A stretch of 63,032 bases of DNA. Source: a virus. Lineage: Duplodnaviria; Caudoviricetes. The position numbers and the translations under genes are program-made. The notes beneath the pieces were generated by a model. That model saw only the letters and a list, made by a program, of their open reading frames with translations, did not search any database and was not told the DNA's origin. Below, piece after piece: positions 39,892 through 48,775 of the stretch. How positions within the stretch are numbered: the first letter of the stretch is position 1; every line of letters begins with the position of its first letter. Where the stretch lies: positions 1-63,032 of the IMG/VR virus record IMGVR_UViG_3300017766_001347; one strand, 5' to 3'.

Positions 39892-40848
39892 ATGAAGATA
39901 GCCTTTCACGACAATTCTCTTTCGCTTTTTGGAACCACTCTAGCAGTTTACAATTGGGCTTATTGGGGACGAGAACTGCTCGGCGTAGAGCCGATCATAA
40001 TGTACAACGGAAACAATCGTGCAAACCATCCATCGGTTGTAGAGAAGTTCAGCAATACATTCGGCGGCAAAGTGTTTCCGTATACCGATCCTAGTCAGAT
40101 AGATGGAATACTACAAGCCAACGGCTGCACTCATTTCTTCATGGAGAAATGCGGACGGCGTGACGGAATCATTTCAACAGTCTGCAAAAATCTAGTGAAT
40201 GCTATAGCGGTATGCACACCTCAAGACATTCACGGTGATGTGTTTGCTATGGCTTCAGAATGGTTGTGCAAGACTATAGATAACCGTGTTCCGTTCGTTC
40301 CCTATATTGTTACCCTTCCTGAAGGGCACGATGATCTTCGTGAGCAGTTGGGTATTCCTGCGGACGCTTTTGTGTTTGCTCGGAACGGTGGTCTTGAGAC
40401 ATTCGACATACCTTTCGTGAAGGAAGCAATCCGAGAGGTCATTGACGAACGATCCGACATTTGGTTTGTGTTTCAATGCACGGAGAAATTCATAGATCAC
40501 GAACGGGTGATTTTCTTGCCCCCTTCCACGGATTCGGACTACAAAGTAAAGTTCATAAACACATGCGATGCCATGCTTCACGCCCGAACTGTTGGAGAAT
40601 CTTTCGGCATGGCATGCGGAGAATTTTCAATAAAGAACAAGCCTGTCATCACATGGTGGGGATCTCCCGAAAGAAGTCACATTGATATATTGGGAGAAAC
40701 GGGAATCTACTACAACACCAAGGAAGATGTTATAGATATTCTGCTGAACATCTCCAAGAGCGATGTCAGCAATCGTGATTGGAATGCTTATCGTGAATAC
40801 GAGCCGGAAAAGGTGATGAACAAGTTCAAGCAAGTCTATCTGACTTGA
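39892..40848 (+). CDS. glycosyltransferase, GT4-like (GT-B fold)
   Basis: R..LGIP, CDAMLHAR..GESFG....E....KPVIT. Confidence 0.82.
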   Translation: MKIAFHDNSLSLFGTTLAVYNWAYWGRELLGVEPIIMYNGNNRANHPSVVEKFSNTFGGKVFPYTDPSQIDGILQANGCTHFFMEKCGRRDGIISTVCKNLVNAIAVCTPQDIHGDVFAMASEWLCKTIDNRVPFVPYIVTLPEGHDDLREQLGIPADAFVFARNGGLETFDIPFVKEAIREVIDERSDIWFVFQCTEKFIDHERVIFLPPSTDSDYKVKFINTCDAMLHARTVGESFGMACGEFSIKNKPVITWWGSPERSHIDILGETGIYYNTKEDVIDILLNISKSDVSNRDWNAYREYEPEKVMNKFKQVYLT

Positions 40849-40864
40849 TCGAAACGGAGACAGC

Positions 40865-41806
40865 ATGAAAGCAATAGTGACAGGTGGAGCAGGATTTATT
40901 GGATCGAATTTGGTTGATCGTTTGTTGAGCGAAGGGCATGAAGTAATCGTCATCGACAACGAATCATCCGATGCAAACGAGCAGTTCTATTGGAATCCTG
41001 CTGCAAAGAATTACAAATACGATATATTGGATTACGAATCAACCCGTCCTCTGTATGAAGGCGTAGACTTTGTTTTCCACCTTGCTGCCGAAGCCCGCAT
41101 TCAGCCATGCATCGTGAATCCCCTCAAGGCAGTTCAAGTGAATGCCCTAGGAACCGCAACGGTGCTTCAATGTGCCAGAGAAGCAGGGGTAAAGCGGGTA
41201 ATGTATTCATCCACATCCGCTTCTTACGGATTGAAAAATATTCCTCCTCTAAAGGAAACCATGCCAACGGATTGCCTGAATCCGTATTCGGTCAGCAAAG
41301 TAAGCGGAGAAGAGTTGTGCAAGATGTACACCCGACTATATGGCTTGGAGACTGTGATTTTTCGATATTTCAATGTGTACGGTGAGCGTCAGCCTTTGAA
41401 GGGTCAATACGCTCCAGTGATTGGCATTTTCCTGCGCCAAAAGGCAGCAGGAGAACCGATGACGATTGTTGGTGACGGAAATCAGCGCAGAGACTTTACC
41501 CATGTGAGTGATGTGGTAGAGGCAAATGTTCTTGCCGCAAATTTCACTGCTCCCGATTATCAAGTGAAGGACACCGGGGGATGCAGGGTATACAACACTT
41601 GGGATTGGGGTCAAGTCTACAATATCGGAACAGGGGTCAACTACTCCGTGAACGAGATCGCAGACATGATTGGCGGTGATCGCGTCAATATTCCTCCACG
41701 GCTAGGAGAAGCAAGAATCACGCTGGCAGACAATTCCAAGGCAAAAACAGAACTGAGATGGAATTCAAAAATTCAACTAACAGATTGGATACGGGAAAAT
41801 GTATAA
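40865..41806 (+). CDS. NAD-dependent epimerase/dehydratase (UDP-glucose 4-epimerase-like)
   Basis: VTGGAGFIGSN, FHLAA, YSVSK, RYFNVYG, GDG.Q.RDFTHV.DVV. Confidence 0.92.
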   Translation: MKAIVTGGAGFIGSNLVDRLLSEGHEVIVIDNESSDANEQFYWNPAAKNYKYDILDYESTRPLYEGVDFVFHLAAEARIQPCIVNPLKAVQVNALGTATVLQCAREAGVKRVMYSSTSASYGLKNIPPLKETMPTDCLNPYSVSKVSGEELCKMYTRLYGLETVIFRYFNVYGERQPLKGQYAPVIGIFLRQKAAGEPMTIVGDGNQRRDFTHVSDVVEANVLAANFTAPDYQVKDTGGCRVYNTWDWGQVYNIGTGVNYSVNEIADMIGGDRVNIPPRLGEARITLADNSKAKTELRWNSKIQLTDWIRENV

Positions 41807-42542
41807 AGCAATACTAGATGAACTAGTTGTATACAGCCCGGTCAACACCAAGCGAAGATTTGGATCAAGCGTTCCTACGGGAGATGGTGGTTATGTTGTA
41901 GTAGATGGATACGATTACGACCATTACATCGGGTGTGGTGTTGGAGGAAACGCCTCTTTCGATTTTGAATTTTTGCAGAACAGACCAAACATGACCGGAT
42001 TGATTTTTGATGGATTCATCAATTTCTATCCGCTATTTCCGAGTCATGTATATTTTGTCCATCGCAACATAGGGGTGTCCAACACTCAACAGACCACCAA
42101 CCTCAACAACGAAACAAAGCAGTACAAAAACATCTTTATGAAGATGGATATTGAGGGGCATGAGTGGAAGTGGATAAGATCGTTTGAGAACTTTTCCAAC
42201 ATCAAACAGTTTGTAATTGAGATCCACGGATTGTTTCCTGATCCAAGCACATGGAACTGGGAAAGCACGGTTGGATTTGATACCACGGATGTCCATGAAG
42301 GACTGAAAAAAATCAATCAGACTCACTATCTCGTACATTTCCACTCCAATACTTCTGCGGAATACACAAAAGTAGAAGGTAAAGAAATGCCAACGGTTGC
42401 TGAACTGACCTACATACGGAAAGAGGATTGTGCAATACACGGTCTTAACAAAACCCCTCTTCCAATCACTGGTCTTGATTTTGTCAATGGTTATGATCGT
42501 CCCGATCTATCTTTTACGGAATATCCGTTCTGTTCGAAATAA
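41799..42542 (+). CDS. FkbM-like methyltransferase
   Basis: R.G...DGGY, G.G...SF, MKMDIEG.EW, Q.VIE.H, ELTY. Confidence 0.78.
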   Translation: MYKAILDELVVYSPVNTKRRFGSSVPTGDGGYVVVDGYDYDHYIGCGVGGNASFDFEFLQNRPNMTGLIFDGFINFYPLFPSHVYFVHRNIGVSNTQQTTNLNNETKQYKNIFMKMDIEGHEWKWIRSFENFSNIKQFVIEIHGLFPDPSTWNWESTVGFDTTDVHEGLKKINQTHYLVHFHSNTSAEYTKVEGKEMPTVAELTYIRKEDCAIHGLNKTPLPITGLDFVNGYDRPDLSFTEYPFCSK

Positions 42543-42564
42543 ACACTGATTTGGAGAATAGTGA

Positions 42565-43857
42565 ATGTCCACGGTATGCCTCTCAATGATCGTCAAGAAT
42601 GAAACCAACATTATCCATGAGTGCTTTGATTCTGTCTACAAGCACATTGACTATTGGGTTATTGTTGACACAGGTTCCACGGACGGAACACAGGAACTCA
42701 TCAAAAAGTACTTTGCGGAAAAGGGCATTCCCGGAGAACTGCATGAACGCCCGTGGGTGGGTTTCGGTCACAACCGTACAGAAGCCCTTGATCTCTGCAT
42801 CGGCAAAGCCGACTACGCATGGATGATTGATGCTGATGATCGCATAGTTGGAGACTTTAAGTATCCACAGAACAAGAATCTGACCGCTGATGCATACGCC
42901 TTGAAGTGCGGTCGGGATCAGTGCATCTGGTGGCGCAATCAGATATTCAAGACAGGTATCGGATGGAAGTATGTGGGAATCCTGCATGAATACGCACACT
43001 GCGAGAAGCAGCCGCTGACACAGGAAAAGATTGAAGGCGACTACTATCTTGAGGCGCGTACCCTTGGTGCCCGAAACGCCAATGTCACGCCCATCGAAAA
43101 GTATTCTAAGGACGCAGAGGTTCTGCTTGAAGCCCTGAAGACCGAACCCGGAAACACCCGGTATCAGTTCTATCTCGCGCAATCGTACTTTGACTCGCAG
43201 CAGTGGGACAAGGCTACGGAGGCGTACTACAAGCGGGTGGAGATGGGCGGATGGGAAGAGGAGTGCTATTACTCGCTGTTCCGGGTGGCTCTCATCGCTA
43301 TGGCACAGGAAAAGGAATGGCCCGTCATTCAGCAGAAACTGCTTGATGCCTACGACTACCGCCCGTGCCGTGCCGAGCCGCTACACGCGATTGCACGAAC
43401 CCTGCGTATGATGGGTCGCCCCCGTGCAGCGTATATGTTTGCAAAGGAAGCGGCGCAGATTCCGTTCCCGCAGCACGACATCCTGTTTATTGACACCAAT
43501 GTGTACAAGTGGATGGCACTGGACGAACTTTCTGCCACGGCATACTATGTCCATGACTACGCCACTGGATTTGCTGCTTCCGAGGCACTGCTGAAGCAGA
43601 ATCGCCTTCCGCAGAATGAAGTCGAACGAGTGCAGAAGAACCATGCTGCATACGCTGAAAAATTGGAAGAGCGGCGCAGAATGGAGCAGCAGCAAATGCT
43701 GATGCAGCAGGGAATGGTGCCGTTTACCCATCAAATGAACACTATTCCGATGATTACCCTGCCTCAGCAAACAGCACTAACCGTTCCTCCGGTCACGGAG
43801 ATGAAGTCTGCCTACATACCTCCTAGAGCAAACCGCTTCAAGAAGAGGAAGAAGTAA
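42565..43857 (+). CDS. GT2 glycosyltransferase with C-terminal TPR repeats
   Basis: MIVKNE, VDTGSTDGT, IDADD, G.LHE; TPR-like RYQFYLAQSY.D, RP.RAEP. Confidence 0.9.
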   Translation: MSTVCLSMIVKNETNIIHECFDSVYKHIDYWVIVDTGSTDGTQELIKKYFAEKGIPGELHERPWVGFGHNRTEALDLCIGKADYAWMIDADDRIVGDFKYPQNKNLTADAYALKCGRDQCIWWRNQIFKTGIGWKYVGILHEYAHCEKQPLTQEKIEGDYYLEARTLGARNANVTPIEKYSKDAEVLLEALKTEPGNTRYQFYLAQSYFDSQQWDKATEAYYKRVEMGGWEEECYYSLFRVALIAMAQEKEWPVIQQKLLDAYDYRPCRAEPLHAIARTLRMMGRPRAAYMFAKEAAQIPFPQHDILFIDTNVYKWMALDELSATAYYVHDYATGFAASEALLKQNRLPQNEVERVQKNHAAYAEKLEERRRMEQQQMLMQQGMVPFTHQMNTIPMITLPQQTALTVPPVTEMKSAYIPPRANRFKKRKK

Positions 43858-44279
43858 TGGCATCAGCACAGTACGACATCCACACAAAACAGCATTCCAC
43901 CCTCAATTTTCATGCCGAATATTATGATGAAAACGGCAATGCTGTGGATCTGACTGGCTATACTGCACGGTTGCATGTTCGTCCGAGTGACGACTATTCA
44001 AAACTGTATCTTGCTATTACCACATTCGGTGTCACAAGCGGTGGAAGCACCGGAGAGTTCGGGGCAACCACCGGAATCAGCGGCAGCGGCGGGATATTTT
44101 TGAATAGAGGTGAAACCGGATCGGTTTTCACTGGTGGAATTCTCATAACCGCTGATGCCACAACTATGGGTTATGTTCGCGCAGGAACATGGAGATATTC
44201 CCTTGATCTCACAAAGGGAGTCACCACGGACGAATTGATGGAAGGTCGATTCGTTGTGGCTCCAAAAACCACCCGATGA
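43857..44279 (+). CDS. putative virion structural protein
   Basis: VDLTGYTA...R and Y.L...G.F.V.P pattern of small Ig-like virion proteins; CTACATA motif at 43812. Confidence 0.55.
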   Translation: MASAQYDIHTKQHSTLNFHAEYYDENGNAVDLTGYTARLHVRPSDDYSKLYLAITTFGVTSGGSTGEFGATTGISGSGGIFLNRGETGSVFTGGILITADATTMGYVRAGTWRYSLDLTKGVTTDELMEGRFVVAPKTTR

Positions 44280-45130
44280 AACTAAAGATCAAAAACGCCG
44301 TTTATTCGGTAAAACCCAAACAGGTTGAAGGAAAACTGCTTGTACGATATGACAAGTTTTCAGTCAAACCGAAACGAATAGATCACGGAAAAATTCGCGT
44401 TCTGTCTTATTCTTTCTCCGTGAAGCCTAAACCCGATGGAGTAAAAATATACAGATTCAAAGAGCGGTCTGTTTTTAAACTTGATTCAGAGTCGGGTGTA
44501 AAACTGTATCTTGCAAAACGCAAATCGGTGTTTAAAACAGACGAGCGATTCGGCACAAGAATATATCAGCGAAACAAAGTTTCTGTGTTGAAGCAGACCT
44601 GTGACGGTACAATATTCACATGGGACGCAACCGCATCTGTTTTCCGACCACAAACAAATAACATATCAAATTCTATGTCTGCTGGTGTTGGTCTTATCTT
44701 TTTTCAGAATCTGCTGACGCGAGTGTACGATACAGAGCGACCGATAGTGATCGGTGTTACATGGAGCAACACTATAAGTGGTGGAGCAGGCGGTGTTAAT
44801 TTCCCTGACGGTAATTATCCAGAAACCATTTCATCCATATATTACACCACGGAGATCAGGAGAACTCCAACGGCAGTAGACAATTCTACGGGTTCTGTTT
44901 TTGATAGATTGCTTGGTCTTACTGCTATGAGCGGTTCAACGGGAATAACATTTCCGTTTGACTCGGTAGCAGGGAACTATTGGTTCCGGGTTCAGGCAGG
45001 ATTTACCTCGTCAACACCTACAATATTCAAGCCGTCCGGAACAAAGGTCATTCGTGACTTCACAATAAGAAATGTTTCTGATAGAGATGCGCTGTTGGGA
45101 AGATTCCTAATGGGGTTCCGAGTTACTTGA
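44276..45130 (+). CDS. hypothetical protein with N-terminal basic ~18-19 aa repeats, possibly virion-associated
   Basis: Seven degenerate repeats around SV(K/F/L); Gly/Thr-rich C-terminal half. Confidence 0.6.
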   Translation: MKLKIKNAVYSVKPKQVEGKLLVRYDKFSVKPKRIDHGKIRVLSYSFSVKPKPDGVKIYRFKERSVFKLDSESGVKLYLAKRKSVFKTDERFGTRIYQRNKVSVLKQTCDGTIFTWDATASVFRPQTNNISNSMSAGVGLIFFQNLLTRVYDTERPIVIGVTWSNTISGGAGGVNFPDGNYPETISSIYYTTEIRRTPTAVDNSTGSVFDRLLGLTAMSGSTGITFPFDSVAGNYWFRVQAGFTSSTPTIFKPSGTKVIRDFTIRNVSDRDALLGRFLMGFRVT

Positions 45131-45154
45131 CACGCCTGATACTTGTGATACAAT
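45127..45154 (+). promoter_or_regulatory. sigma70-like promoter upstream of dUTPase
   Basis: TTGACA-N16-TACAAT with TGn extension; SD AAGGAG downstream. Confidence 0.7.
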
Positions 45155-45175
45155 TCCCTCAAAGGAGACTACATC

Positions 45176-45748
45176 ATGGACAAACCCAAACTTGGTTTCT
45201 ATTGCATTCCCGATACAGGTGCCACGGTTCCGCAGTTTGCAACGGACGGATCTGCGTGTTTTGACATCTGTGCCCGGTTCCATCACGACAAGGACAACTC
45301 TTGGAATGATTGGGAAGCCCACAAGCCCGTGGTTGCATACGGCCCACAAAATGTAAAGATGGAACTGCACCCCACTCAAGGAGTCTTGGACATTCCTGCC
45401 GGGTGGCGATTCCTTATTCCCACGGGACTCATCTTGGACATTCCCCAAGGCTATTCTGTGCGCCTCCATGCTCGTAGCGGACTTGCCCTGAAGGAAGGTT
45501 TGGTGCTTGCGAATGCAGAAGGCGTGATTGACTCGGACTACACCGATGAACTGAAGATCATGGTGACCGCTATCTCTTCCTGTGTTGTATCGGTTCCCAA
45601 CGGATCACGCATCTGTCAGGCAGAACTGGTGCGGAATCAGCCAGTGGAGTTCACCGCACTAGACTCCCCTCCGCAGCGGAAGACGCAGCGTGAAGGCGGA
45701 TTCGGCAGTACGGGACAGTTTTCATGGGACGCTAACAAGGGAGCCTGA
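45176..45748 (+). CDS. dut: trimeric dUTPase
   Basis: GSACFD, RSGLA, GVIDSDY, RICQ, R.GGFGSTG. Confidence 0.95.
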   Translation: MDKPKLGFYCIPDTGATVPQFATDGSACFDICARFHHDKDNSWNDWEAHKPVVAYGPQNVKMELHPTQGVLDIPAGWRFLIPTGLILDIPQGYSVRLHARSGLALKEGLVLANAEGVIDSDYTDELKIMVTAISSCVVSVPNGSRICQAELVRNQPVEFTALDSPPQRKTQREGGFGSTGQFSWDANKGA

Positions 45749-45749
45749 C

Positions 45750-46121
45750 ATGACACGCGATGAACTACTGAAGTTTCACGAAGAGATCACGAAAGAAGCC
45801 CGCGAACTGATGAGCAAGAAGAACCGCGACTACGCTGGCAAGGAAGGAGTTGAGCCTTTTGCCAACTTTACCCGCGTGGAGTCTATGGGCATCTGCAAGA
45901 CCGAGCAGGGCTTCATGGTGCGGTTAACCGACAAGATGAGCCGCTTGTCCTCTTTCATTCACGCTGGCAAGATGAATGTGCAGGACGAGTCCTTCATGGA
46001 CACCTGCGTGGATGTAATTAATTATATGGTTCTGCTTGCCGCATATTTAAAAGACAAAGATGCAGAAAATACCTCCAAACCCCTTGACTCAAATATTAGT
46101 GGCGGTAAGATTGGGGCATGA
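45750..46121 (+). CDS. DUF1599 / nucleotide-modification-associated all-alpha domain protein
   Basis: KKN.DY, R..DK..RL, ES..DT..D..NY. Confidence 0.75.
   Translation: MTRDELLKFHEEITKEARELMSKKNRDYAGKEGVEPFANFTRVESMGICKTEQGFMVRLTDKMSRLSSFIHAGKMNVQDESFMDTCVDVINYMVLLAAYLKDKDAENTSKPLDSNISGGKIGA
46084..46111 (+). promoter_or_regulatory. sigma70-like promoter for uvsE (probably leaderless)
   Basis: TTGACT-N16-TAAGAT ending 6 nt before ATG 46118. Confidence 0.5.
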
Positions 46122-47047
46122 TCCGACACCTCGGCTACGCTTGCCAAAATCTGTCTCTGTGTGAAGGGCGCAAGGCAAAGGACAGACTCTTCACCGACCG
46201 TACCTTGCGTATGGATCGGTTTTCCATAGAGAGGGTGGGAGAACTCGGTGCGCGGAACGCCGCCGACCTTCTCCCCATCCTCGAATGGAATGTAGCCAAC
46301 GGGATCAAGTTCTTCCGTATTGGCAGCGGGATGTTTCCGTTCATGGATCACCCCACGCTTGGCTACGAGATCACGGACTTGCTGCCTGAACACGAAGCCT
46401 CCATCCGCGCATCGCTGATCATGGCGGGTTGGTACGCCAAGCAGAACAAGATGCGCCTGTCGTGCCATCCCGGTCCGTACACTTGCATTGCCTCGCCTGA
46501 TCCGCATACGGTGGAGAAGAGCGTGAAGTCTTTGGCTATGCACTCGCTTATTGCCGACATCTTGGGCTACGGTGACGAGTTTGCTATCAACATCCACATG
46601 GGCGGCGTGTACGGCGATAAGCACCAAACCGCAGGGCGGTTCCTCCGCGAGTTCTCCCGACTGCCCGACAGCATCAAGCGGCGGCTTACCCTTGAGAACG
46701 ATGACAAGCCCACGATGTGGAGCATGACGGAACTATTCAAAGAAGTTGGCAAGCACTGCACCGTGAAACTAGTGTTGGACATCCACCACCACCGCTTCTG
46801 CCATCAGGAGTCGCTGCGAGAAGCCGCTGACATGGCGTTCCGTACATGGCAGGGATTCTGTGAAATCCCGAAAGTACACTACTCGGAGTCCAAGGCGGGA
46901 GCGCGACCGCAAGCCCACTCGGACTACATTCGTGAAGAGATTCCTCTGCTGTCGGATACAGTAGAGTACGATGTGATGATTGAAGCCAAGGCAAAGGACT
47001 TGGCACTACTTGAATACAGAAAGGTTCACACACCATGTTTGGTTTGA
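46118..47047 (+). CDS. uvsE: UV damage endonuclease (UvsE/UVDE)
   Basis: LGYAC, FFRI.S, HPG, IH.GG, LENDD, D.HHH, HYSES, AHSDY, IEAK.KD. Confidence 0.93.
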   Translation: MIRHLGYACQNLSLCEGRKAKDRLFTDRTLRMDRFSIERVGELGARNAADLLPILEWNVANGIKFFRIGSGMFPFMDHPTLGYEITDLLPEHEASIRASLIMAGWYAKQNKMRLSCHPGPYTCIASPDPHTVEKSVKSLAMHSLIADILGYGDEFAINIHMGGVYGDKHQTAGRFLREFSRLPDSIKRRLTLENDDKPTMWSMTELFKEVGKHCTVKLVLDIHHHRFCHQESLREAADMAFRTWQGFCEIPKVHYSESKAGARPQAHSDYIREEIPLLSDTVEYDVMIEAKAKDLALLEYRKVHTPCLV

Positions 47048-47463
47048 TTCTCTCTACCGTGCTTCTCGCTGCTCCCCCTGCCAACGGCAAGCCATATCCC
47101 GTTCTGCCACTTCCTGTGGAGTGCTACACCGTTGACAATCTCTTGGATGCCATGTACACTGTTGAGTCCAATCGGGGAAAGAACCTCGTTGGTGACGGCG
47201 GGAAGGCTATTGGCCCGTATCAGATTTGGCGTGAGTACTGGCAGGATGCTGTGGAACACGACCCGTCCATCGGCGGGGAGTACAAGGACTGCATGAACAA
47301 GGCGTATGCCGAAAAGATCATTCGTGCGTATTGGGCGCGATACGCACCGAAGGGTGCGACCCTTGAGCAGTTGGCGCGTATCCACAATGGTGGACCGCGT
47401 GGACACAAGCGCAGCGCGACCGTGAAGTATTGGAACAAGATTGTAAAGGAGATGACCAAGTGA
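47035..47463 (+). CDS. invertebrate (i-type)/destabilase-like lysozyme with signal peptide
   Basis: VES, GPYQI...YW.DA, ARIHNGGP.G, T..YW.K; hydrophobic N-terminus. Confidence 0.8.
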   Translation: MFGLILSTVLLAAPPANGKPYPVLPLPVECYTVDNLLDAMYTVESNRGKNLVGDGGKAIGPYQIWREYWQDAVEHDPSIGGEYKDCMNKAYAEKIIRAYWARYAPKGATLEQLARIHNGGPRGHKRSATVKYWNKIVKEMTK

Positions 47464-47852
47464 ACAAGCCATTCGGATATTCGTATTACCTTGACATGTA
47501 CCGTTGCCGCGCAGGAGCAGCGGATGACTTGGAACTGCACTACCGCTTTCTTGAGCGCGTTGTGGACAAGATCGGCATGACCCGCATGAGTCAGCCTTTC
47601 GTGATCCATGCTCCCACCCACAACGGCGTGGAGGTGTACCCCAACAAGGCAGGGGTGAGCGGTTGGGTTCCGCTTATTGAGAGCGGCATTCAGATTCATT
47701 CCATTGAACCCACCCACTTCATCACGCTTGATGTGTATTCATGCAACAAGTTTGACAAGCAGATCATTCTTGACTACGCACGGGAGTGCTTTGGATTTGA
47801 GCAGCACGAAGAGCGGTACTTTGAGCGTGGTGTGAAGTACGGAGATTGTTAA
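47460..47852 (+). CDS. speD: S-adenosylmethionine decarboxylase proenzyme-like
   Basis: G.SG...LIE|S..IH, LDVYSC..F. Confidence 0.8.
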   Translation: MNKPFGYSYYLDMYRCRAGAADDLELHYRFLERVVDKIGMTRMSQPFVIHAPTHNGVEVYPNKAGVSGWVPLIESGIQIHSIEPTHFITLDVYSCNKFDKQIILDYARECFGFEQHEERYFERGVKYGDC

Positions 47853-48775
47853 TGGATGAACTAGCCCAAGACGCTTGCCTACGCGAGTACGAAAAGAACC
47901 ACTGTTGGCAATACGACATCCGCCTCCGCAACCGGGAGGAGGATCTTAAAGCCGCAGGAATCACGGAGGAGGTCGCCAAGACCCTCCGTGTTTCTGATTT
48001 CACCTTTCGTCCCATCGTTTCCGATGCGGACAAGGCAGAAGCGGTGGAGTTCATCAAGCGTCACGAATGGCTAGGGACACTTTCCCAATACACCACCCAT
48101 TGGTTTGGTGCGTACTATCACGATCCCGATCAGGGGTTGGTGGGCAAAGACATTCTTGCGGGTGTGTGCTTGATGAATCTTCCAAACGCATTTTCAAAAT
48201 TGCTTGGCGAAGACACCAAGAAAATAGAAAGGCTCATCAGCCGTGGTGCTTGCGTGTCTTGGAGTCCAAAGAATCTTGCAAGTTCTTTTCTTATGTGGTG
48301 CTGTGGGTGGATGGTGAAGAACTCACCGTACCGCCTGTTTACCGCTTACTCCGATCCCACTGCGAAGGAGTTGGGCACAATCTACCAAGCGTGTAACTTC
48401 TACTACTTGGGCAACGACAGCGGAACCACCACACGGTACATCAATCCGTATACGGGCAAGGTGGTGAGCGACCGATTCTTCCGGGTTCGTTCCGCGTACA
48501 AAAAGTATGCCAAGGAATTGGGGATCGAATGGGAAAAGGATTGGAACAACGATCAACGCATGCTGTGGGAGAATATCCCCGACAGCGTGGAAAAGCAGTT
48601 GCGGGAACACTCCAAGAAGAAGCAGCAGGGTGCAACGAAGATCACCATGCCAAGCAAACACAAGTATGCATTCGTTTTGGGTGCCACAAAAGCCGAAACA
48701 AAAAAGTTGCGGCGTGAGTTTGAGACTCGGAACGCAGACATCATCAAGCCGTATCCTAAAGTGAGGGGAACATGA
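47852..48775 (+). CDS. Mom-like DNA modification enzyme (GNAT fold)
   Basis: A.EFI..HEW, E..ISR, AYSDP....GTIYQA.NF.YLG, KHKY. Confidence 0.72.
   Translation: MDELAQDACLREYEKNHCWQYDIRLRNREEDLKAAGITEEVAKTLRVSDFTFRPIVSDADKAEAVEFIKRHEWLGTLSQYTTHWFGAYYHDPDQGLVGKDILAGVCLMNLPNAFSKLLGEDTKKIERLISRGACVSWSPKNLASSFLMWCCGWMVKNSPYRLFTAYSDPTAKELGTIYQACNFYYLGNDSGTTTRYINPYTGKVVSDRFFRVRSAYKKYAKELGIEWEKDWNNDQRMLWENIPDSVEKQLREHSKKKQQGATKITMPSKHKYAFVLGATKAETKKLRREFETRNADIIKPYPKVRGT

Noticed and set aside
25745-43857. T4-style DNA glucosylation as the island's role
   Set aside because: No dCMP hydroxymethylase or alpha/beta-glucosyltransferase is recognisable, and the GT families are glycan-chain types; not fully excluded without DNA analysis
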